From Catajapyx aquilonaris (Eukaryota), in NCBI GenBank assembly GCA_000934665.2, contig KZ538488.1, positions 46,575-66,574 on the forward strand: a DNA stretch of 20,000 nt. The letters are read 5' to 3'. Each line of letters opens with the position of its first letter. Position 1 is the stretch's first letter. Under the pieces are notes generated by a model. The model saw only the letters and a program-made list of their open reading frames with translations, ran no database searches and was not told the origin of the DNA. The translations under genes were made by a program, and so were the position numbers. Positions 1-8,370 of this stretch are shown here, piece after piece.

Positions 1-63
1 CGCTTTACAATGCAAATAATTCAACATTGCATTTTTTTTTCCATTGGTGTTGCTTTCAGATAT

Positions 64-679
64 CGTTGTTAGGCATCGGAAATCCTCTATGTGGGTGAAG
101 GACAACTTTTCAGGAGGGACAAAAAACCAATTAAAACCTTTGAAGTGGCATGTGTGTGATCCAGATTTTTTTATTAAGGCATGTTTCTCATAATGCATGT
201 ATTGCACTAAGAATAAACAGAATTCATATGAAATTCCAGGAAATAATACGCATTTCTTAGTGATTATCACACATAGCGGATTTTAACAAGTCACATGCCC
301 CACATAGCTGAATTTTGTTCATGACAGATAAATAATTATAATTATAAAATATTATTATTTCAATTATTAACTCATAGTTCAGTTGGACATTAAAATAATT
401 TTTATCATTACTGTGCTAAGAGAAAGGAACTTGTCATCTTCTATACACTTCTATACAAATCCGCTATGTGTAACACGCACCACATAGCTGAATTTCTTTG
501 AACTAATTGCTCCACATAGCGTATATGGTCAGATAATGGTCCTTTTTTCCTCATTTCTGGCTGTTGCCACACTTGGCGGGTTTTCACAGCAGATGCACAT
601 GGCGGTTTTCGTCACATTCCACTATAAACCTCATTTCAGCCGAAGTCTCCACATAGCGGATTTCCGATGCCTAACGACG
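64..679. mobile_element. MITE with 31-bp TIRs and ATAT target-site duplication (Sola1-like)
   Basis: CGTTGTTAGGCATCGGAAATCCTCTATGTGG (64-94) is the reverse complement of 649-679 with 2 mismatches. ATAT lies at 60-63 and 680-683. Several internal CACATAGC(G/T)GA motifs. Sola assignment is inferred from the AWWT-type TSD only. Confidence 0.85.
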
Positions 680-1206
680 ATATGTGGTCTCTAATGTAAT
701 CCCTTTATGAACTCAATGAAAATGTGTTTTTTTTTTAAAATTTTAAGACGTCATAACTTTTGCAAATATGGGCCTCCTCACGAAATATTTCATTTTTGGG
801 TATCATATATTGTCCTGTATTAGCATGTTAAATTTCATCAAGATCCGTCATTATCACCCTGTGACCTTCCCTTGTAAGTAAAATAAAAAGAATGCAAAAT
901 GACATGACTCTCACCATTGATAACATTGATATCAATGGAGCTAAGATTTACACTGAGCAAAAAGATCTGGATGGCTGATTGAAGGTTTGCATTTATTTAT
1001 TGGAAAAGCTAAGGCACTAAGGCATGAGGATGTGCTGTCACAGTAAAAAAATATGATGCCTGTCTGTCATAAGTAGCTCCAACAGTTTCAGTAGATTATG
1101 TCTCTGCTCCAACACTCTTGTTTGTACAGTACAGCATGCGGAGATTATGATGTCTACTATTGCATATTTGTATTGGACCAGAGACAGCATTGAAATTCCA
1201 GTGCAG

Positions 1207-1467
1207 TAATTGAAGACCTTGGGGGAAGAAAGATCAAGGTCCACATTTTGGCAAAAAGTAGTTACATATCTCAGAAGATACTTTCCCTATAGTGTAGAAT
1301 ATGATGGTTTGGTCATGGTTGTGGAGTAATGATCATAGGTCACAATGGTAGGCCCCGAAAGTGGGATTTACAATGGAACCTTACGGGCCTTCGAAATTTA
1401 AAATAGGATTATCTCTGTTTCACCTCAGGTGGACCTCGATGGTTTTTTCTCCCGATGTCTTCAATTA
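1207..1467. mobile_element. Degenerate MITE remnant
   Basis: TAATTGAAGAC...GGTCCAC (1207-1244) is an imperfect inverted repeat of GTGGACC...GTCTTCAATTA (1429-1467). Confidence 0.55.
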
Positions 1468-2058
1468 TTAAAGCCATGCACATTGCAATATCATCTTTTT
1501 GGCAGGAATAATGGAGACATTATGTCATGGTTGGCATCAATGATTTCACTGGAAATCTGTGGTCCAATGCTAATGTAAGCTGGAGAATGTGAAAATTATT
1601 ATGGCTGTTGGAATAGTGACATCACTTGAATTCAAGTAAAGTGGCTGCAGCCACTCATGATAAATGTCTTCCATCTTTTTGGCAACACTAGTACATGGCT
1701 CTCTGAAGGATTACAAATGCATGCCATGAAAGTGGATTTTTCCGATAATACTTTCAACTTCTCCATCTGGAAAAAGGTTTTGTTTTGGAATAGGCCCACA
1801 TGTTATTTGGTAAGGGTGAACCTCTTCATTATTATAGAAATTGTGTAATGTGTACTGCTTTCCATGAAATGAGAATACTCATACTTGACAAACAATCAGG
1901 AAAATAGGCGAAATGAGTCCAGGATTTGTGCAGAGAAGTTTCATTCATAAAAGTGAGCAGTCATTATGAATTTATTATATACGCTATACACAGGATTGTA
2001 AAAGGAGGAACATTTGCACATTTAAAAAGTTTAATTCAATTACTCCATCTTCCTCCCT

Positions 2059-2083
2059 TTACTCTTGATTGAGCAGGAAAACA
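2059..2083 (-). CDS. BORCS8: Tentative terminal coding exon of BORCS8, (R)VFLLNQE*
   Basis: T-rich acceptor TTTTTATTAATCTACAG|, phase-2 compatible, TAA at 2061-2059, and AATAAA on the minus strand at 1976-1971. Gives about 118 aa, close to the vertebrate length. No homology support. Confidence 0.4.
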
Positions 2084-2329
2084 CTGTAGATTAATAAAAA
2101 TGGTTTTTAAGAACTTGTTAAAAATAAAACTAATAAAAACCTATTAAATAAATGAATAAATAAATAAATACAGGAATATACCTGAATCAGGGAAACAACT
2201 CAACTAGAAATGGGGTCATCAACTGGACTGGTTGTATCAAGGGATAGTCTAAGCAAAAAAATAAAAATAAAACAATAATGAATAAAAAACAGATTGTGTC
2301 CCATATATGTCGATGGAAACAGTGCATAC

Positions 2330-2437
2330 CGCCTTGTCTCTTCACACTGAAGCTGCTGCTTATGGAATATGGCACTCTTCAGCATTTCCAGAATATTGCT
2401 TAATGTGTCACTGGAGTTTTGCATGGAGTGCACTGCC
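2330..2437 (-). CDS. BORCS8: BORCS8 third coding exon (108 nt, phase 2-2), AVHSMQNSSDTLSNILEMLKSAIFHKQQLQCEETR(R)
   Basis: Acceptor CTTGTTACAG| and donor CG|GTATGC. In phase with the previous exon. Aligns to BORCS8 AVKNLVDSSVYFRSVEGLLKQAI. Forms the internal part of ORF 2200..2655. Confidence 0.92.
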
Positions 2438-2445
2438 CTGTAACA

Positions 2446-2481
2446 AGTACCAACACATGAATGAGTACCAACACATGAATG
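2446..2481. repeat. 18-bp tandem duplication AGTACCAACACATGAATG x2
   Basis: Exact copies at 2446-2463 and 2464-2481, next to the exon-3 acceptor. Confidence 0.9.
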
Positions 2482-2518
2482 AGAGATTGTGAACTGTATA
2501 GACACTGCTATGTCTATA

Positions 2519-3099
2519 CAGGGTGTTTCAGAGTCACGGGTCAAGCGCGCGCGAGGGGATGGGGAAAAATCGTAGGTGGCGACAGCCCCGGTCGGTTTTA
2601 TAAAAGAATTAGAAATATGGCAGTAATCAATTGATTTATTACGGCCGTACGGCATGACGTCACATCCTTTCTGTATTCGAACTGACCGGCGCGGACTGGC
2701 AGATTCAGTGGTTTGAACCTGGTTGAACGGGTTTTTAGCCTTGCGGGTTGCACTGAAAAAGGGCTCTCATGCCACACCGGCAGGGTACTGTACAACGTAG
2801 CGTACTACAGCTGTACAGTGGTGTGTTCAGTACCCTGCCAGTGTAGCATGAGAGCCCTTTTTCAGTGCAACCCGCAAGGCTAAAAACCCGTTCAACCAGG
2901 TTCAAACCACTGAATCTGCCAGTCCACGCCGGTCAATTCGAATGCAGAAAGGATGTGACTTCACGCATTACGGCCGTAATAAATAAATTGATTACTGCCG
3001 TATTTCTAATTGTTTTATAAAACTGATCGGGGTTGTCGCCACCTACGATTTTTCCCCACCCCCTCGTGTGCGCTTGACCTGTGTCTCTGAAACACCCTG
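2519..3099. mobile_element. Palindromic (fold-back) Tc1/mariner-type MITE, 581 bp, TA TSD
   Basis: TA|CAGGGTGTTTCAGAG ... CTCTGAAACACCCTG|TA. Arms of 272 bp (2519-2790 and 2828-3099) with about 20 mismatches counted by eye and a 37-bp spacer. Confidence 0.93.
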
Positions 3100-3344
3100 T
3101 ACAGTTCACAATCTCTCATCCAAAACCCTAGATTTTTCAGAATTTGTAATTTTCCGATTTCAGAATGGTACAGGTATGTACTGTGCATACTGTCAAACGG
3201 GGTGGGATTGTGTCAGCTCATTTTTTTCGACAACATGCATGGCACCAAAAGCAAGCTATGGAACACAGATGACCTTCATGGAAAACTTTAGGTTGTCAGA
3301 GATTTTTATTTTCAGAATATCTGGAATATTCATACAATATAATA

Positions 3345-3630
3345 GAGGTCCCGGCTGGTTTGCCAGCGATGGTACTCTCTCACTCGAGTGGTCCTCGGAC
3401 CTGACTCGCATTTCTTGGTTGGACGGGGTTCTTGGGAAAACATCCCAACCCCGTCCCTGGGTTGGACCCGGCATTGCAGCTTAGCCGGGGCCAGCCCTCC
3501 TCTCCCCCACCCTTCTAACCCACCCCCCTACCTTGCAATCCCACACCTTCCTCTCCTAACCCCAGCTGCCACGGCTCGACTCAGAAAGAGCCGTACAAGC
3601 TGGGTAACCCTTCCAACCAACCAACATTTT
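3345..3630 (+). other. GC-rich multi-hairpin island (candidate structured RNA or repeat module) in BORCS8 intron, antisense
   Basis: Stems AGGTCC/GGACCT, GCTGG/CCAGC, GGACGGGGTT/AACCCCGTCC, GGGTTGG-CCCGGC/GCCGGG-CCAGCCC, CCCAGCT-ACGGCTC/GAGCCGT-AGCTGGG. Ends in TTTT. Confidence 0.45.
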
Positions 3631-3675
3631 CAGAATTTCCGATAACATACTGTCAATTGTAGTCTTATCACTTAC

Positions 3676-3853
3676 CCAATAGCATATTGAGTGTCATAAC
3701 AGCGTCCTTGTAGCTGTTGCTGCAGCTGAGAAATTTCCCTCCTTTTCTCCACCATTGGTGGCAATGACTTACGTACATGTTCCTCCATGCGGAAGAAGGC
3801 TAGAGCGGGATCATTAGCTACATTGCTAATGTTCTCTGACAGCCTTCCTATGG
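3676..3853 (-). CDS. BORCS8: BORCS8 second coding exon (178 nt), IGRLSENISNVANDPALAFFRMEEHVRKSLPPMVEKRREISQLQQQLQGRCYDTQYAI(G)
   Basis: Open frame between acceptor TTGCAG| (branch point TACTAAC at 3875-3869) and donor GG|GTAAGT. The motif ANDPALAFFRMEEHVRKSLP matches the BORCS8 signature ANEPSVALYRLQEHVRRSLP. Confidence 0.95.
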
Positions 3854-3912
3854 CTGCAATATTGTACTGTTAGTAATTGTGTGCAGCCATGCATAATCAA
3901 ATGTGCTCTTGC
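3854..3912 (-). other. 59-nt GC-AG intron of BORCS8
   Basis: AG|GCAAGA ... TACTAAC ... TTGCAG|. Unspliced read-through hits TAG, and removal of the intron restores the conserved frame. Confidence 0.75.
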
Positions 3913-3958
3913 CTTTCTTTGTCACTGATGTCAACTCTGGGTCACGCTGCAGTGCCAT
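3913..3958 (-). CDS. BORCS8: BORCS8 (MEF2BNB) first coding exon, MALQRDPELTSVTKK(A)
   Basis: ATG at 3958 followed by 15 codons plus 1 nt, ending AAG AAA G|GCAAGA. The phase-1 junction joins the next exon in frame. The PE..KK N-terminus resembles human BORCS8 (MEEPEMQLKGKKV, recalled). An upstream acceptor CAG|GT at 3982/3981 is possible. Confidence 0.8.
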
Positions 3959-4561
3959 AGCTGCAGACCTTGGTGCTCCACCTGCCAGTAGTGTTTCACA
4001 TCATTGTCATGCAAATAACAGAATCTTACGGTATGATTTTTAAAAAGTTTTCTTGTAACTGAATCAGTCCCATTCACAAGGTTGATGACAAGCCATTTTG
4101 CATGTAGCAAACTAGGATAACATCCCATGTTGGCCTAAAATTGAGTCAAATTGGACTTCCAGTACCGTACATATTCATACTAGAGAATAAATTTTATCAT
4201 GACAAATTATGTAACTTTGTGATAAGTTGGATATTGTACCAAAGTTGGTACAAGCATAATATAGGCCTACTATTTTCTGGAATTGTCAGCATTCAGTACT
4301 TTGGAGGAATGCAAAAGGAAAATAATTGACTACAGTTACTGAAAATGGGCAGTATGAAAATTCAGTGTGCCTTGAATTATCTATTTCTGTAAAGGAAGTT
4401 TTTATGTTCTCACAAATTCACTAGAACAAAAAAATGATTCCATAATATCCATATCACACCAGAATTTCATACATGGTATAAGCCTACTTGTGATATGCGC
4501 CTCAAAAGGATGGGGTTTCTTAAAACACCCTGATCAGCAGCAATGTGAACAAATGCTAATA

Positions 4562-4664
4562 CAGTAAAACATGTCCCATAGCAGAATCACATGGAACCCT
4601 AAAACATTTCCACAACGGACAAGTTTCCGCTATACCCAGGGTCCGTAATGGACAAATTTCACTG
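4562..4664. mobile_element. Small pogo/Tigger-like MITE (about 103 bp), TA TSD
   Basis: TA|CAGTAAAACATGTCC ... GGACAAATTTCACTG|TA, degenerate TIRs. Confidence 0.65.
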
Positions 4665-5164
4665 TAAAATTAGAGAAGGAAGAAAAGCGCATATCATCTG
4701 ATGAAAAGAACATGCAAAGAAAATGCAATTTCTGACCCTTCATTGCAGATGGCATTTTTATCCCCCCCAAAAATGACTACTGGCATTTAACCCACGTTTC
4801 TGCTGGTTATGGTAGCCGAAAAAAAATAATGTTCTCTTGAGACACACAAAACGAGCTACAAGATTCAGGTCAATTTGTCACCAACCAACCTGCTCGACGC
4901 ATGTCCTCTACATGCACCATTTGCCCGTCCCTGTACTGTACTCTATAATACCCTTTATACAGTACCAATACCAAATAAACCCTTGCTTCACCGTAATCTG
5001 ATGCACTAGTGGCTCTGGTTCAACCGTCCCTACTTTCAATAACCTTCCCGTATTTCCCGCACTGTCACATTCCCCTATTCAAACACTCATTCCTCATTCC
5101 AGAATCCCCTGAATCCGAACCACTCTGCTGAACCGTGTCACCACCTCGTAGCTAGAAATGGCAA

Positions 5165-5510
5165 TGGCATGAGAGCCAAGAAAGTGCTGCCCCGAAGCGG
5201 ATTTTTGGTGGGCCAGTTCAGCCCGGCAGACGTAGCCCAGGCTCAGGGTAGTGTGGTTCATTTTATATTGGGCTCGAGCAAGCTGACCAACGTTTGACCT
5301 GGCGCGACCCCTCAGCATGACATGACATGAGGTGAGGGTGGCTGCAGTCAGAGCTGGTGTGGGTCCGGTAGAGGTCATCACCGCGTCGCAGGTGACCACC
5401 CATGTGCTTGGTCAGTGCTTGAGCAGCTGGGTCCGTGGCCACCTAACTACACCGCTATGCCACTTCTCATCTGGTGAGCTTGTCAACTGTCAACTGTTTG
5501 CTCTTGGCAG
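5165..5510. other. GC-rich island with nested helices (candidate structured RNA or repeat)
   Basis: Helices 5175-5181/5502-5508, 5251-5258/5445-5452, 5272-5290/5408-5424 and 5297-5306/5382-5393. Confidence 0.45.
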
Positions 5511-7787
5511 ACGACGTCAGATAGTGGCAGATATGCATGTGGCTGAGGTTGTGCTGTTATGTGCTCACTGTCTTTGAGGGGTTTGGTAATTGTTGACCTG
5601 TTGAATCATACAATTTGGAGGGTTGAACACTGGCAGTTTGTATGAATGGGACTACAGGTGTCATGCAGTATTTTCAAATTTAGTGGGAGGATTTGTCCAG
5701 TTGTGCTGGGAACATGGGTGGTAATGGTGTAAAAGTGGGTTTGACATTTATGGATCTTGTTTTGTTTCTTGTTTTTATTGTGTAGTACCAGTAGTACCTC
5801 CTCAGCTGTAGTAGTGTCATTCTTGCATATTTTGTTTGTGGCTTTGCTTTTCTTGGGTGCATAACAAATAATGTGCAACTGTCACATGTTGGTAATTAAC
5901 TAGTGACACGCACAATAAATTTGATAAGCACATTTGTGTCGGCTGTTTATTTTCACGCTGTCATAATATGTTAGTACCTGTTAGTATTAAAGGTCAATAT
6001 GGTCACCTGCATAATGTTGATATATTGTATGAATATGTACTACAATCTGATTCTAGATGCATCTATTTTTAACTGTTGTCATTCATATGACTTTTAGCTA
6101 GTAAATCCAAGCTTAAATTTTTTAAGTATGTTTAATAATGAAGAGCATGTATGTAATTGAGACCAAAAATAGTATTGTAATCAGGGGACCATGGCGTTAT
6201 CAATATGTCCAATGGCAGCCGCCACACTCGTTTTATTTGTGTATTTCCCCAGTGGGCATTGAATGCAGCCTGGAAAAGGTACATAAGAATTGAAAACTCA
6301 CAAAAGGTTATTGTGGGATGAGAAGCTTTGGGTGCCTCTCCACAGGACAGTAGCCTAACATAGATGGTCTAGCGTTGAAGTGCTGACACTACAATGAATA
6401 GAAATTCACTCATATACACACAAAAATGTGAGTCACCCATGTGTGTCTCCGGCAGTGATACAATGCCTGTGTTGCATGGTTTATGACACGATTCGTTTGG
6501 AAAAGAGGGAAAGAGGTTGTAGGCAAAAGTAATTATGTTCATAAACCATAGAGAACCTTGCTAGCAGTAATTCCGGATAGCTGACAGACTGGCTGCTACT
6601 AATTGCTATTGTAATTCAGGTGCTGTTATATTGCCCCTTTCCCCCTACATTATGCAGCAGGTGTATTAATTTCACACTGATATTAGCTGAGTAATATATA
6701 CTGAAGTGATTATCTCTCATTCTCATGACTATGGACTATGAAGGTGTAAAATATTTTGGATATATTTATTTTATTTATTTATTTATGATACCCCGTTCGA
6801 GGGCTGAGCCCTTTTTGGGGGACTTTTGGGTATATTTTACTGTAGGATTTCTCCACATAATATTTTAAAGATAAATTAATCTAATTCCAAAATCAACAAC
6901 TGTTTGAATACAAAATTATTAAGTGTTTCCATACTTTATTAAACTAGCAGTGCCAACACCAATGACTATAAATGCCATGAAATGAAATTGCCCAAATTGT
7001 TTGACCTTCCTACTGCCAAAGTTGCAGCCTGTGGGACCCAAAATAGCCAGCGTGATTAAATGTACCCCATTGTTTATTGCCATCAGGTAATGTGCCTGTC
7101 AAGATAGCAGTAGAATAGCAGATTGTGTTTGCAGTTTGCAGCAGGAGGTTTGCTATATATTCTATGATGGGGTGGGAGAGTGCACTGCTTGGCAAATAAA
7201 ACAAGGAGATGGAAACCATAAAGGTAGTTTTCTTCATGAATTACCAAGCAGTGGCATAGAGTTCTTTATAAAAAAATCAAGGTCCTGCAGCTGAAATGTT
7301 GTGGCGGATTTGTTTAATCAATTTTGGCTCTCAGTCAGATGAGCTTTGAGGCCATAATTACATGTGATAGCAGCTTAAGTAGTACTATTCTGAAAATTTA
7401 CATATTATGATCTAACAATACTGCCCCTGAGTTGAATGAATTACGTTGAAGATGAATTATTGAATAGCATATGCCTGATTTGGGACACAAGAGTAGTTGT
7501 AGCATAATTATGATGTAGGCAATATTTTTCCATGTGAAAATTGCACATCGGTATTGCAGAAACAGGAGCTTCCATTAGTGGAACAAACAATAGCCATTTA
7601 GAGAATAATATGCCTGTCATACAGAATAGTCTATACCTATAGTAGTCGAGTAAGCAGTTGCCTACCTGTACATAGCTCGTATATTTTATCACCCCAATTT
7701 TGTTGCCCAATACCATTTTAATGACTGAGGACAGTGAGGAGAGACCCTTGCCAAAGTGGTTCACTGGCCAGTATTTCAAAATCGGAA

Positions 7788-7841
7788 TTAATGGCGCCAT
7801 AATATGAATCTTATCGCCAACTAGGGCGGTCACCATTGGTT
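7788..7841 (-). promoter_or_regulatory. Candidate TATA-less promoter (possibly of BORCS8)
   Basis: NF-Y-type AACCAATGG on the minus strand (CCAAT 7839-7835), GC box GGGCGG 7824-7829, palindromic YY1-like ATGGCGCCAT 7791-7800. Sits where CpG depletion begins, with a donor CAG|GTAGGC near 7666 downstream on the minus strand. Confidence 0.4.
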
Positions 7842-7959
7842 TACACTATCACATTGCTATAGAAACACATGCCTTTTTTTGCAAGCAACTTGTGTGAATC
7901 CCGCGTTTCATATTATAAAAGGACATTTACATATGCTTAGTTGCATGATTCACCTTGAG

Positions 7960-8370
7960 ATGTCGTACCGGTCCTATGGGAGACGACCCTATTTTATATT
8001 CATCCCTTCCGAAGTTGGGCAACTTGGGCAAATCAACTATTACAACATTCGTCGATCTATTACACACGGCAGCTGCTGGCGTAATGAGACGAGGTTGAGT
8101 CGGACAACAGCCGCCGAATTGTTGTCGGGAAAGGATGTGAGACGGGCCCATCAAATGCGATAGTGTTTCCTTAGAACGCTGTTCAGGCTTAGAGCTGTGG
8201 CCTAAACGAGATGAATAGGCGCCACTGGCTCGTAGAATGACCCTCTCTGGCAAGGTCTCTCGGTGGTGTCACCATAGATGCTCTTTCATTACCGGCCTTC
8301 CAACATTGGATACCAAAGTGCTTCTAGATAGCCTAGGTCAGGGGGGCGTACCCTGGAAGGACTGAGCTAT
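7960..8370 (-). other. About 410-nt structured island (candidate ncRNA or SINE-like element)
   Basis: Minus-strand helices CATCCTTTCC/GGAAGGGATG (8137-8128/8010-8001), GACAACA/TGTTGTC, TCAAC/GTTGA, TCGTC/GACGA, GACCTT/AGGGTC and CCTTCCA/TGGAAGG. Begins with TAGCTCAGT (partial A-box-like). Confidence 0.45.

Noticed and set aside
3385..3410. HDV-like ribozyme L3 motif TCCTCG
   Set aside because: I could not assemble P1, P2, P3 or J4/2 in the required nested double-pseudoknot order.
3448..3492. Twister ribozyme-like string on the minus strand (TAAGCTGCAATGCCGGGTCCAACCCAGG)
   Set aside because: It lacks the AAGC needed for the pseudoknot and a P2 partner, and the plus strand forms a better hairpin.
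3515..3612. TAACCC motifs as a telomerase RNA template
   Set aside because: None reaches about 1.5 repeats (CTAACCCTAA), and no pseudoknot or H/ACA architecture is seen.
3767..3772. Strong GTAAGT donor inside BORCS8 exon 2
   Set aside because: Using it gives phase 1 and frameshifts the next exon, and homology continues past it.
4030..4134. Possible upstream BORCS8 exon (TTTTAG|...ACC|GTAAGA; part of ORF 3931..4128)
   Set aside because: The ORF frame is not phase-compatible with the coding exon. It could be a UTR exon, but nothing here supports that.
7441..7836. 131-aa ORF over the putative promoter
   Set aside because: No recognisable homology, and not in phase with the BORCS8 exons through the nearby donor.
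7739..8261. Inverted match GAGAGACCCTTGCCA / TGGCAAGGTCTCTC
   Set aside because: Only 14 bp with an indel, no TSD and no extension, so probably chance.
8355..8366. RNase P CR-I-like GGAAGGACTGAG
   Set aside because: No complementary CR-V segment within about 300 nt downstream.
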